Shown: one piece after another, positions 27,085 to 41,146 of the stretch
How the letters are laid out: every line of letters begins with the position of its first letter
Numbering within the stretch: position 1 is the stretch's first letter
Source of the DNA: Octopus vulgaris
Taxonomy: Eukaryota
Length of the DNA: 64,000 nucleotides
Assembly (NCBI GenBank): GCA_951406725.2
Contig: OX597818.1
Span: forward strand, 112,654,001-112,718,000
Direction: 5' to 3'
Translations under genes and position numbers: made by a program
The notes under the pieces: generated by a model
The model's input: the letters and a program-made list of their open reading frames with translations, nothing else
What the model was told of the DNA's origin: nothing
Databases searched by the model: none

Positions 27085-27230
27085 TCTTCTGCTTGTTTCA
27101 ATTGTTAGACTGCGCCCATGCCGGGGCACCGTCTTATGTAATTTTTAGTTAAATGAATCGATACAAGGACATATTTTTTTTAAGCCGAGTACTTATTTTA
27201 TCGGTCTTTTCCGCCGGAACACTAAGTTAC
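27085..27230 (-). mobile_element. SINE family A 3' half, diverged (a similar piece lies at 27905-28062)
   Basis: GTACTTATTTTATCGGTCTTTT and CATGCCGGGGCACCG motifs. Confidence 0.6.
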
Positions 27231-28073
27231 ATGCAACGCAGTGGGGCTGAACAAGGAATAATGTGGCTGAGAAGAAAACATCTTACTAAATAGCCTCGAG
27301 TGAGCATTTGTAACACCGTAGGAGATTCATTTATGAAATAATAAATTAATGCATCACCTGACTTTAAGTGGTAAATAGAAATTAAAAGTATCTTAACTGC
27401 AACGTCCACAAGTTAGTGACAACTACAGAACGACCATTTCAAGAAATATAAATCGAAAATAATTGGAGAATTTATTATTAACGAGGATAATTTATATTCT
27501 CATTGGGAATGGAAAGCTGACGAATATTTAACGGCTGTTTTGTTAATGGAAGGAAAGGCTGTAATGACGAATTAAGAAAGACTCATTATCTAAGTTTAGT
27601 GGTCATCTGTTTATCATATTAGAAGCGTAATATCATATTATTATAAACATTTAAGTTTCTCTCCTCGTTTTATGACAGAGTAGTACTGTACAGTAACAGT
27701 CTTGAAATCAAAGTTAGAGAGCAAAAACCACTACTAATATAACTATTAAAACACTGGAGACACTTATAGTGTATAAGATTTCAATAAATATATACACATG
27801 GCGAACAAAATTACATTGTGTATTTAATTTATTGAAAGCTCGATATGAGAGATACGAGTAAACTTATGATTTTATATAAGTCTTAAACATTCGTTATTCG
27901 TTTAATTGTTTCAGACATCATGCTATGGCCACGCTGGGGAAACATCTCGAAGAGTTTTAGTCTACTGGACAGACCCTAGCATGTGTAATTTTTCTTAAAC
28001 CTAGTATTTACACTTTCGGTTACTTTTGCGGTACCTCTGTAATGTCAAGCGGTTGTGGAGGACATATATACAT

Positions 28074-28124
<51 letters not shown>

Positions 28125-28329
28125 TACACACACATATATATATATACAAATATTTATGTATATATATATATATGTATATACATACATACATATATATATA
28201 CACATATACATATATATATATACACATATTTATGTATATATACATATACGTATATATATATACATATATTTATGTATATATATATACATATATATACAGA
28301 TATATATGTATATATATATGTATGTATAT

Positions 28330-28360
<31 letters not shown>

Positions 28361-28899
28361 CATATATATATATTTACACACACATGCGTGTATATGTGTG
28401 TGTATGTGTGGGTGTGAGTGTCTGTGAGTTTGCTGTGAATGCGGGAATATGCTTCATAGACCCACATCTTTCCATCTTAATTTCACGCATCAGATAAATC
28501 TGTGAAACCAGTTAAGGCTTTAAAATTAAACCGGCTCAAAGACTGCCAGAGCATTTCAACTTCTAATGTGCGTGCGTACGTGCGTGCGTACGTGCGTGCG
28601 TACGTGCGTGCGTACGTGCGCGCGCGCGTGTGTGTAGGTGTGTGTTTGTGTGTGTGTGGTATGCGTATATCCAATTCTTGTCGTACTGGCACAGAACCAG
28701 TTTGCACAGTTCCTTATAAACGAATGACCAGGAATTTAATAAAAGGGATTACGTAGCATCTGTTCATCTATCGTTCATCTATTAATTATCATTAAGATTT
28801 GAATGTGACCCCGGTTCATTCGCAGATTTAACATGTGGACGTTGAGGAGGAGAACTGGCAGGGGCAGTAGCAAAATTCCTACAAATAATGCAACACAGA

Positions 28900-29220
28900 C
28901 ATTTCAATGGATAGGATTTTCCCAAAGATGCGGCGTGTAGTTGTCAGCAGAATCATTTTGGATGTTGTCTAGATGTTTTTGACATCCCTTTTTTTATCAT
29001 ACCTAAGTCACCCACAATAACAGAAATAGCTTTTGCTTTAAGATGCCTCGTTTTCTGTATTTCAGTTTCCTGATCCTTATATTTACTACGTTTGTCAAAT
29101 TTCTTTACAGATATATATTTTTTATCAGTGAGAAAACTTACATCTGTTAGTCTACAAGTATCTTCGTCATTGTCTGTAATAATTAATCTGGGCGATTAGC
29201 CTGGATTGTTCTGTCGGTGT
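28900..29220 (-). mobile_element. R4/Dong-like RLE domain fragment
   Basis: TDRTIQANRP..DTCRLTDVS...KYKDQETEIQK...VIVGDLGMIKKG. Confidence 0.8.
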
Positions 29221-29449
29221 TAACTAGAAAATCCCAGAGGTTAGCGATGTTTTTATCTTCAACGGTTGTGTCAGGATGATATTCATACCAGTAAACAGGA
29301 GTGCCGATTTTGTAGTGTTTACATATTTTGTAGTGTTTACAAAGCTATGTGAGAGAGAAAAAGTGGAAGAACGACAGGGAGAAAAAGGAGAAAATATATA
29401 AATAAGAAAAGTAAACATAAAATAAAAGGAGAAAAAGGAAAGAAAATTC

Positions 29450-30975
29450 ACAGCAACAATGCTCTTCTCAGTACGTGTGAAATACCAGTTAAGACAATCT
29501 TTCGCACTTTCTGCATGGATGGCAATCAAGGGATCATTCTCAAATATTTTCAGTTCCTTTTCTGATCACTCCAAGTGCTCCTAAAATTATTGGCATTGTA
29601 ACCGTCTTGGGATACCACATCTTTTCAAGTAGCTAATCTTTATATTTTCAGAGCTTATCAAATTCTTTTGCCGAGATATCTCGGTCACAGGGTATGCTCA
29701 TGTCAATCAATAAACAAACTTTTTTGTTTTGGTCTTTCACAACAATATCTGTTTATTTGCTCTGATGGCCCGCTCTGTACATACTGGGATAATCCAAAGA
29801 ATAGTTACATTTTCTCCCTCAATTACAGCCTTACATTTATGCTGGTACCATGTTTTAGCATTTTTGATTTTATAATGCTAACACATTATCCAATGTAGTA
29901 TTGACATGTCTTGATTTGTATTCTACAGAAGCTAAAATCTTATATCCAGAGATTAAGTGAGCCACTGATTCAAACACATCCTTCAAGTATCGGCACTTTG
30001 GGTCTACACCATTATTTTTTATCATATTCGCTTGTTGTTCTGGGTCAATGCGCTCTGATCGTGAGCAGCCAAGATAAAGCCATCACTCTATGCCTTTAGC
30101 CCTGAGCTCCGTAGCCACTGATGGATGGGCTTCTGATCTACATCAGCTTCCTTACTGCGGGCCACATATTCGCCATGCACAGTTTTTTGTTCCCACCTAT
30201 CAGCCAATTGTTCAAGCGTATTTTGCTTTGCTATTGATTTCCCCTTCTTTGTAACTGCAGTTGCTGCACTTCCATTATGCTGTTCAACCTGGGTATTATG
30301 CATAAACTCACTTGAAAATGTCTTGCTCTCCTTCATAAAAGAATGATGTTTCTTACATTGTTCATGGTTTTCAACGGGCTTTAGCGTCCAGTGCTTAGAT
30401 ATTTCAAGATAGTTTGCCAGTCCACTGGTAGTGGCTTTGTAGGAGATTTCAAACTGGATCAAACCTCTACCTCCTTGAGGTGTCAGTAGGTGAAGATGAC
30501 CCGCGTCTGATTTTGGGTGTTGCATCTTACAGCAAGTCAGCAGCTTACGAATTTTCCTGTCAATCGTTATTTAGGTCCAGTTTAATTCATCGAAACTGCA
30601 ACTAACAACCGGAACGGCTAAAGAATTTATACTTAACACCATGTCACGTGCCTTTGACTCGGATTTTAGGACTGCTCCAACTCTCCTGTAACACTCATTC
30701 CGGATCTCCTGCTTCTATTTGCATGTTAAATGCCAGAGCCGTCATTTATTCCGAGGTATTTCTAAGTTTGTTCCTGCTCGAATTCGTTTATGACTGTGTC
30801 AACATCCAACACAACTGACTGCGGGATCTTCAAATCCCCTTCCTGGAAAGTGACCTTGGCATATTTACAAAATCAAATTCCATCCCTATGTTCTCACTGA
30901 ATGCTTTCACAGTAAGTAGTATTCCTTCAAACTCGTTATGGTCTTTGCCATAGAGGTTTAAGCTATCTATACAAA
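29450..30975 (-). mobile_element. R4/Dong-like RLE retrotransposon, 5'-truncated pseudogene (end of RT, thumb, RLE)
   Basis: LYGKD..FSENIGMEF; HPKSD..GGRGLIQ; HGEY..QWLRSSGLKA; VIEGENVTILW; DIVVKD..CLLIDMSIP; PIILGALGVI; VLTGISHVLRRAL. Confidence 0.9.
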
Positions 30976-31456
30976 ACAGTTTCGAACACTCAGGGAGAAA
31001 GGAAAGGAAAATGAAAGGTAACATTTTCACAGAAAATTGCAGATTATAAAGTTCTAAAATCTTCTAAAGATGAGTGTTTGTATGTCCGAACACAGATAAT
31101 TGTAGAGTGCTTACAATAGAAAGGATGCTTAGGCTTTCGAATACTCAGGGAGAAAGAAAAGAAAAGTTGTAGATATTAAATTTTTAAAGTTTTTAAAGAT
31201 GATCATTTGTGTTCCTCCAGAGAAAACTGTAGATATGTAAGTCGCTAAACTTATTTTGAGTAAAATTTTAAATACTCGCAGGAAATTGTAGATATTCCGG
31301 TTTTTGAGAACTTTTTTTACCAGTTGTTCTGCTGGTTGTATTTATGTTTCGAGGTCTTCGTCTCTACTGACTTGTCAGAGCAGCGAAGAACACGTTGAAC
31401 CGATTTCAAGGGTTATTATTATTGCTTTATGATTGGCCCTGTTCGCCAATAAAGAA

Positions 31457-31573
<117 letters not shown>

Positions 31574-34299
31574 TTGTTGCATAGTTTTCCTGTACAACTA
31601 AGATCTTCTGTAAGTATGCTGAGTCGGTATTATCAAATTGAATGCTTTCTCTACGATGTATGGGCTGTACCTTGAAGCACTAGTTTACATATGCCATGTA
31701 TACCTATCTATACACATTATATATTTTCGTTTTTATTTTACATTTGTTTGTAACATTAATATCATTCTCAATGCAGCTGGAATTATAGCAATTTCTCCAT
31801 CACCGAAACATTTTTTCTAAGTGTCTCTCATAATGCCATAATTTCCATTGGATGAATGCTCTAAATCTGTCATGTATATTTTAGCATGCTGCTGCTTCCT
31901 GTAAGAAACAATGTAATCGATATTTTCCTCTTCTCAACGTGCACATATACTGCAGTATGATAAATCTTTCAACTTCAGTTTATGCCATGCTAGTTTCTGA
32001 TCGTAACATTTGAGGTATTTTTTTGCGCTCCAAACATATTCCGAGATTTGTCATCATCCCCTTTTCTGTTAATTCTTCCCAGTTATTGACTATGATTCAC
32101 TTGTTCTAGCTAAACACTTATTGCGCCATTGTATAGTCGTATTTAGTTTTAGTTTTTATTTCATCAAGTATTTTTGTTATGTCCCTTTCTCTGAAAAAAA
32201 AAAACCTGTGTTAGTTTTAAAGAGTCTGTTTTATAATTATTCAATTTGTCGAAAACTACTAAATGTGTAACTAACAGTATTAGATTCACTATATTTTTAC
32301 TACATATTATTCTTGCAGTGAATATTACATTATATATTGTTATGCATAAATACTTAGGAATTGATGGACTAGAAACAAACACAACAGTGAAAACGGGGAA
32401 AAAATATCAAACTAACGAAGGAATTACTTAAAAGTTCGCTGAGCTCAACGACGTAGTATTCACTAATAGTTTAGCTGATCGAATAATAAGTTATAGTTAT
32501 AATATTCTCCACTGAATGCTAAGTAAATTAGGAAGGCCAGACAGAATTTTAAAAAAAACCTAATATGTCTGAATTTACAATGTAGAATACATAAAACATT
32601 TGCTCACCTCAATATAACAAGACCAATACAAGTAGAAAAAATGTTAGTTTTCTAGTATGATATCTAGAGACTGATGGGAATGATGTAGTAGCCGTAAATA
32701 GTGCTAAGAAATGTGTCTTACTGTAATGGTAATTGTAAAGATGTGGAACTGTCTTTCGATGTGAAACACTGCACGGAATAAATGGTTTGCGTGTTATTAT
32801 GCAGTTCTAGTTGGAAGTGAAGTGCTGTGATATTTGCTTATCAATGGGGCGTTAAATTGGATTTGTATCTTGTAAAGAAAGGGCCTGTTCTTCCATCGTG
32901 TTACTCAATATTATTGCAAATAGTTTTTCTTTAAGCTTGTAAAGTATTTAAAACTGAATTGGAAATTTAACGGTTCAAGGTGTCTTCCAGTTCTGCATTA
33001 TTTTTCAGATACTTTATTGTTTCAGTATTTTCATCCTTTACAAACATTCCCCTGCCTAATATTCTAACCATTAATTCTTACATTGCTGTTATTATTGGCA
33101 TTATGCGCCTGGGGTTTTCCTATTTGCTGATAAAATTATGGGGTTGAGTCAATCCATTTCTTCTATCTCATCAACCGTTGCCATTTATCATTATAATTAC
33201 TGTCAGAGGGACAAGGCCACATATTTTAAGGAAGCTTTTAGCTAATTACATCAAAACTAGTGAAATACTTTATTGGTCAAAGTCAAATTTCACTGGATGA
33301 AATCGGAAATTCGCCTAGGTAAAAACTGAACTCATTAACGAATACTGCAAGGCTGTTTTGGCGGAAGAGACTCCATTGATTCGTCGACGCCAATCTCTCC
33401 CTTCTCGCCTATTGATATTTTAGTTTATATTTTACCGTTATCACGGGGCATGCATTTTTTTTACATCACCCAAACAGTATCAAAATATTCCAATATGAAC
33501 CATCAAATACAAACAACACTATTAAATAAATGAGCCGCAACAATACCATCACCAACAACACCACGAACAAATATGTCAGATCTGAAATTTTCACCAGAAA
33601 TTTTATGTGAATGTCAGCAAAACGAATTAAACAAAGGACATCAACATTAGCTGTATATATAAGAAAGAAGAAACATAAAAAAAGTACAGTTCCCATTAAG
33701 AGTGACAATAACATCATCTGCAACAACAACATTGTAGATGTAGACATTGTGGGCTGCAGGAATCAATGTGGTCGATGAGAAATTCCATAATGTCAGCAGT
33801 TAGAAAATGGTTTCTGATTCAAGAGGAACAAAGGAAAATATAAAAACATCAACAGAAACAGCAAAGATTATAACTATTTTGCCAAAGCCACTGGCACCTG
33901 GGTTGCTCATCCATTTTAGTTTTAAAATGGACTTAGACGAGCGAAATATCCTGGGATGATATTTCACCTGGATACCAAATTCTGTGCAGATGTACAACGA
34001 AAACGAAAATAACGATGCAAAGTGTTTCTCCAAAACAGATGAAATGACAGGATATAGTTATCCGGAATTAATTTTGCAAAGTTACAAAAATTTGGCCAAT
34101 GTAGACCATTATATGTTATTTTGTGAAGGAGGAAATATGGAGACAATAAATATCAAAAATAATTATTTACATTTTACGGATATTTTATCCTCATCTTGTT
34201 TGTTGTTAACACAACGTTACGGCTGATGTTGTCTCCAGTCTTCACCAGGTGTCCTGGGGGAATTTCGAACCTGGGTTCTCATTCCTAAGGTATTTTCGA

Positions 34300-34316
34300 T
34301 GTTGTTGTTGTTGTTG

Positions 34317-34368
<52 letters not shown>

Positions 34369-34595
34369 TTTTTTTTTCTTCTTTCAAATTTTCTTCCATT
34401 TCTTGCCGAGTGTCTTCCCGACTCCTAGGGCAAAGAAACTCATAGTGTATATTGGTAGGCCATTAAACCAAACTCAGTAGTTCGTTCATTTTTTTTTTTT
34501 TAAGTTAAATTAAAATACATGAGCAGCAACAGTTCTCACATCGACAATGCTCTTCTCAATACGTGTGATGTACCAGTTAAGACAATATTTTGCAC
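34300..34595 (-). mobile_element. Dong/R4-like 3' end with (AAT)n tail
   Basis: EVQNIVLTGTSHVLRRALS matches the C-terminus of the 29450 copy; (TTA)n tracts on both sides. Confidence 0.75.
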
Positions 34596-35074
34596 TTCTT
34601 CTTTTTCTTCTTCTTCTTCTTCTTATTATTATCATTATTATTATTATTATTATTGATATTCTTCTTCTTCTTCATCATCTTATTATTATTATTATTATTG
34701 TAAATAATGTAAATAATGTACATAAATCCTCATCTCTTAAATATAGAAAAATAATAATAGCAACAAGAAATCAAAACTGACGTCAGGGTTGCCCCTGGCA
34801 GTCAAATGAATTCTTGGTAGGGATTCAAAGAGATTCTCCCTGTAACATAATTAAAACCCAAGATAATTACAGACCAAAAAATTAAGTCCGCTACAGAACA
34901 TGACGTACGCATATACGAAGTTAAATATATTCCGTGAAAGAAGAGAAACATAAGCTCAAATCCCGAAAGCAGTAAACATAATTTCGTTCGTGCAGTATTT
35001 AAATGTAGAAGATATGAGGAAAAGCTAATATAGTAGAGCAATTATTTTATATTCTGATGATTTATATATTGTTT

Positions 35075-35286
35075 TCGAATTTTGGCACTAGGCTAGCAAT
35101 TTTTGAAGAGGGAATTAGTCGATTACATTGGCCCCTGTGCGCTCAACCTGTTCTTATTCTACCAACTCTGAAAGGATGAAATTCAAAGTCGACCTCGGTG
35201 GAAATTGAACTCAGAACGTAAAGACGGACGAAATGTAGCTATGCAATTCTGCCCGGCCTGGTAACGATTTCACCATCTCACCGCCT
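35075..35286 (-). mobile_element. SINE family B
   Basis: Family motifs. Confidence 0.85.
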
Positions 35287-35669
35287 GTGATTATTTATAT
35301 ATTGCGATGACGTTTATATTGGCAACGTATATCTTGAGAACATTTCTAAATCTTGGTTTCTTCTTCAGATAATTGTCTGCAATTGTTGAAATGGCTACCA
35401 AGAGACTTATGATGAGGGATGTTTCCATTTTCACTTTCATTGAATGTCGCTCTCCATAGATCTTTATATTTGAAATATATTTGAAGTTATGTGTTCCAAA
35501 GGTATTCGGTCCTTTGTTTCAAATGGCACTCCATTAATTGAAATACAATGGGTAACGTCATTTTCACTAGGATATTAAGCCTCAAATCTATCGTGCCCAT
35601 CACTACATCTCATCAAGAAAGAATCGGTCCGAGACTATTTGTATATATGTATACTTGTATATATGAATC

Positions 35670-36075
35670 AAGGAGTGGCTACAACCACATGGTTCTGGCT
35701 TCAGTTCCACTGCGTGGCACCTTCGGAGAGTGTCTTCTACTATAGCCTCGGGCCGACCAAAGACTTGTGAGTGGACTTGGTAGACAGAAACTGAAAGAAG
35801 CCCGTCGTATATATATATATATATATATAGGTGTGTGTGTGTGCGTGTGTGTGTGTGTGTGTGTGTCAGTGTTTGTCCCCCCAAAATCGCTTGACAACCG
35901 ATGCTGGTGTGTTTACGTCCCCGTAACTTAGCTGTTCGGCAAAAGACAGCGATTGAATAAGTACTAGGCTTTCAAAGAATGAGTCCTGGGGTCAATTTGC
36001 TCGACTAAAGGCGGTACTCCAGCATGGCCACAGTCAAATGACTGAAACAAGTAAAACAATAAAACAGTAAAAGAG
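35670..36075 (+). mobile_element. SINE family A
   Basis: Homology to 58142-58577. Confidence 0.92.
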
Positions 36076-37175
36076 ATTTTCAGTCATTTACTTAGAAATA
36101 CGCAAGAAGAAATAAATGTTACGAAGAACAGGAATGCTAGAAATCCTTTGCGAACGTGATTTGAATCAGTCGGCTCCATTATTATACAGACGACAGCACA
36201 GAATAATATTAGCCATGATTTATTTGTCAGGGAAAGGAAAATCAAGAGTGAGATACACTTTCATTTATCGTCGATGTATATCTGTGTTGATATGTGAAGT
36301 GAAGTTGAAGCATTGATGATTATGTAAGGATTTATGAAAACATTGTAGCTGACAGAAAGAACATCCATTCTCCTTATTATTTACTTTATATAATGTGACT
36401 GTTTGCTTTATGCCTGAATAAATATCGTTTACGCATTCAGTGAATACAAGTGCAACTAGCTTAATAATTAAAACCTCAATTATCAGCTCACTAAATATTC
36501 TCAACGCGCTTTCTGATATAAGGATCTGTAGTTATTAGTGGTTTGCCTCATCAGAGGTAAACACGTCATATTTTGTAAATTGTTTGAAGATAGCAACTTT
36601 AGGAAGCAGTTTTGAATATTGATTCCATTTATTCCGATACAAGTGCATATATTTATACGGAAGCTGGGATGAATAACACAGTATATCAACAAAAACATGT
36701 CTTTATTTCGTACTATCTTCCGTTAATAGAGTGTGATGTGACGCTGGAAATATTCTGAAAACGACATATGCATGAATTAGTTGCTAATATCCCGCCCCTT
36801 TTTATATGCATTTTTTCTAATTCTATAAGGGTGCTTTCTTTTATATATTTTTGTCGTATACACTGGGGTTAAAGTCGAGAAAGATACACATGTCATTCTA
36901 TATACAAAATATTATTTATAATCTGGTTTTGCATTTTTCTGTGAAGGTGTCAACATTTATAAACATTAACGTCATTTGACAATATCTGAGTTAACGTCTG
37001 ATAACAACATAGGTGATATCAAAGAGCTTGATATATTTATCATTTAACCATGTGAGAAAACTTATGCAGTGCCTACATTTCGATTACGTCAGAAAATATA
37101 TCAAAATAAATAACGATCTCTTTTTCACTTTCTCCCTCACCCCCGCTCACCCCCCACACAAACACATTCTCTCCC

Positions 37176-37230
<55 letters not shown>

Positions 37231-37305
37231 AAGGCATATGCATACGCCGCGTACATATATATGTAAAAGATTACTTCCGCTGTCGCATGCCATACGATAA
37301 ATATA

Positions 37306-37355
<50 letters not shown>

Positions 37356-37864
37356 CTCCCTTCCATGCATTATCTTACCGCGCATTGATCCAATTTATAT
37401 AATTCATCCTTAAAATCATTCATCTATCAAGAAAATATGCGTTATCGCTTTATTAGATATAGTATGTTACTTTTTATTTTGATAATATTTTATGCACATG
37501 TTAGGACCTAATGAATATCCCACTCTTCAGACAATGTCAAAAATCGTATCAAACCATATCATAATATTTCCTATGAAATCATATATATCTGTGAAGTTTG
37601 TGTGTATATGTTCTCTTCTGATATTAATTGCCTGAAATCCTTCTGCAAGGATGGCGCTAATTTCTAACAAAGATACAAAACTCCGTCTCAAGAATTTGGA
37701 TAGCAAAACAAATTCACATTTTAAACTTGAGGTATTCCATATTTTTACTGATCCAATTACAAACTCTATTTATAACCGTCGAATTAGCTGGTTTATTTTT
37801 TTCTGAAAACCATAGCTTCTCCATATTGTCATTTAAGCATTTATTCAGAAGCATTTAAGCATTT

Positions 37865-37962
37865 ATTCTTTCCTACTCTAGGTACAAGGCCCGAAATTTT
37901 GGGTGGGGGAGGGGGCCACTCGATTAGATCGACCTATGTACGCAATCAGTACTTAATTTATC
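37865..37962 (-). mobile_element. SINE family B 3' fragment, truncated by a foldback element
   Basis: CTAGGTACAAGGCCCGAAATTTT..GATTAGATCGACC..GTACTTAATTTATC. Confidence 0.7.
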
Positions 37963-37966
37963 CAAA

Positions 37967-38030
37967 ACACTCACCGGTAAAATTTCCACTTATTTCTTAA
38001 GGAATAATTGGAAATTTTACCGGTGAGTGT
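37967..38030. repeat. Hairpin with 22-bp perfect arms
   Basis: ACACTCACCGGTAAAATTTCCA ... TGGAAATTTTACCGGTGAGTGT. Confidence 0.9.
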
Positions 38031-38172
38031 GTTACATTATAAGCCACAAGAAAATGACTCTCCCCAAACACAACAGAATATGCTTCAGCACACGAACTCA
38101 TATAGAGAGTCTTGCAAACCAAATCCCAAAACGAAGCAGAGAAATTATATTACATAAATATAAGGAGGATAA

Positions 38173-38388
38173 CCACTAAGTGAACATCCATTAAGCTAGA
38201 TGTAGACCCCATATAGTCTGACTACTAAGAAAAGATTGTCCTCCAGAAAATTCGTTATATTTTGTAACTTTTCATTTGTCTGGTTCGCTTACGTTCTGGC
38301 GTTTGATGAATTTTCTTGAGAACAATTTCTTCTTAGTCGTCAGACCATATAGGGTCTACATTTAGCATATTGGATGCCAACCTAGTGG
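38173..38388. repeat. ~80-bp imperfect inverted repeat (foldback)
   Basis: CCACTAAG..CATCCA..GCTAGATGTAGACCC..GTCTGACTACTAAGAA..GAAAATTC vs the reverse complement at 38308-38388. Confidence 0.8.
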
Positions 38389-38397
38389 CCGTCCCTA

Positions 38398-38443
<46 letters not shown>

Positions 38444-38447
<4 letters not shown>

Positions 38448-38521
38448 CCAGGTGGTGCTATTAAGTTAGACATGGCCTGGGCCAATAATGGCCGAAACCT
38501 ATCAAAGTATCAAAGTATCAA

Positions 38522-38524
<3 letters not shown>
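38444..38524 (+). mobile_element. Extreme 5'-truncated CR1-group LINE 3' end in (TA)n
   Basis: CAGGTGGTGCTATTAAGTTAGACATGGCCTGG identical to 10286-10317; (TATCAAAG)x3 tail. Confidence 0.85.
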
Positions 38525-38556
<32 letters not shown>

Positions 38557-38624
38557 ATATATATATATATACATAAGTATGCACGTATGTTTATATGTAT
38601 GTATGAACATTCTTGTAACAAGGA

Positions 38625-38835
38625 TTTGAAATTCTGGCACAAGGCCAACAGTTTTGAGGGTGTGATAAGTAGATTACGTCGACCCCAGTATGCACCTGGT
38701 ACTTAGTTCATCAACTCCGAAAGAATAAAAGTCAGAATCGGCCGCGCCAGAATTTGGACTCACAAAGTAAAAACGGGTGAAATGCCCATAAGCATTTTGT
38801 CCGGCTTGCTATGGATTGTACCAGCTTGCCGACTT
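38625..38835 (-). mobile_element. SINE family B, diverged
   Basis: Family motifs. Confidence 0.75.
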
Positions 38836-39324
38836 GCTCACTCTGGTAATAATGAATCAATGAATTCCCCAGGAAAGTAAATTTAATTTTTTAAAATACT
38901 AATACATTATTTCAAAAATTTCGATCTATGTGCAATAGTAGCTGATTTCTACAAGCGAAGAACTGATTACCATCAAATACATCAATTGTATGTAAAATAT
39001 AACAAGCTGTTTTTCCGATTTTTATTTGAATGCGAGAATTGTAATATACGTAACCCAACTCATATCGGCGATTTTCGGTTTGCAACATTACGAATAATGT
39101 ATTATTGTCTATAACGTAATATCCACAGAGGGGGAAGAATATGAAGACACACACTAAGTTCTTTGTGATATACCTATATATATATATTTCTGTATGTATA
39201 CTTGTATATATGAATATTTTATATACTACATATACTTATATAAAATTATTTCTATTCATTCATGCATATATGAAATGATGTGTCTGCACATGTGTGTGTG
39301 TGTGTGTGTTGTGAACATGAGTAG

Positions 39325-39420
<96 letters not shown>

Positions 39421-39508
39421 CATATATGTATACATATATACATACATATATGTATATATATATACATATGTGTATGTATATATATATATACATACACACA
39501 CACAGATA

Positions 39509-39541
<33 letters not shown>

Positions 39542-40274
39542 CAAGGCCTCTTTTTTTCAAATGCAAATTATGTTGATACGTTTGAAGTAGAGAAAAGCAA
39601 TACGAAATTTGTCTGAATTATCTGTAATAGAACATTATTATGTCGAAATCTTTATTTCTAGAGCATTATATTTTCTTTTAAATTCTGGGTTGGTGATAAG
39701 AGTATATTGAGCAGAAATTGATTTTATGGAAATTACTGTATATAATAGTGCTATCTGAAAATCATGCATTATTGCTTATTGGCAAAATTCCAACCAATTA
39801 CATGTAGATATCTGGGATATTAAATCCAACACATAAAATATTTTTACATAGCTATGACTATTACAGATAGTTTCATTGTATTTCCTGTTCTTCGTTTAAT
39901 GAGAAAATACAGCATAAACGCATCAAATATTGATAATGAAATGTAATTTTTACGAAACACTGTAAATAATAATTCAATAGAGAAAATATAAATTTGAATG
40001 AATGATCAAATTTCCAAACATTATTATGTACGTCTTTCAAATTTAGGCGTTCTCATTTCAACATATTTTGGAATACTTGCATGTATTCTTGCATCGAACA
40101 TATATTTACGATGGAAATTTGTGCGTTATTATATGTGAAAGTGTTTATTTTCGACATGTTTGAAGGGTATTAATGAATATAAATATACTTATTAAATAGA
40201 GCGGTGCATTATAAAAACTCATCTTACAGCTGATATACATACATACACACACACACACATATATATATATATAC

Positions 40275-40305
<31 letters not shown>

Positions 40306-40378
40306 AATATATACATATATATACACATATATATACATATATATATATACTTATATAATCATGTATATATATATATCA

Positions 40379-40446
<68 letters not shown>

Positions 40447-40514
40447 ATATAGACATATATATATATGTATATATGCATATATATATATTTTATTTATATT
40501 ATTTTATATATATA

Positions 40515-40578
<64 letters not shown>

Positions 40579-40632
40579 CATATACGCATACGCAGACAAA
40601 TGCACACATTCATGTGCGCGCACACACATATA

Positions 40633-40810
40633 TTCTTTTATTCTTGTATTGTCTCATTCATTTGAGTGTGGCCATGCTGGAGCACTACCTTCGAGTATTT
40701 CAGTCGAAGAAATCGGCCGCAATACTTATCCTATCGGTCTGTTTTTCGAACTTCTAAATTACTGGGACATAAACACACGAGGATCGGTTGTCAAGCTATG
40801 GCGGTGTACA
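40633..40810 (-). mobile_element. SINE family A 3' half
   Basis: GTGGCCATGCTGGAGCAC, CTATCGGTCT and ATCGGTTGTCAAGC motifs. Confidence 0.75.
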
Positions 40811-41146
40811 AACACAAACACACACACACGCACATAAACACATACATCCACACTCACACACATATATATACAGAGAGAGAAAAAAAGATAGATACATAGA
40901 TAGATAGATAGAGAGTAAGATAAGAGATAGAAAGATTGATAGATAGGTAGATAGAAAGATAGATAGACATACAGGTAGATATATATATATATATATATAT
41001 ATAGATAGATAGATAAACAGGCAGGTAGATAGATAGATAGATAGATAAGAGATAGAACGATACATAGATAAGTAGATAGAAAGATAGATAGACATACAGG
41101 TAGATAGATAGGTGGGTAGGTAGATAGGTAGATAGATGGATAGATA

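Noticed and set aside
33466-34226. Short non-repetitive ORFs
   Set aside because: No recognisable domain or coherent splice structure
36498-36558. Minus-strand CTGATGA...GAAAGCGCGTT
   Set aside because: Stems I and II do not pair convincingly
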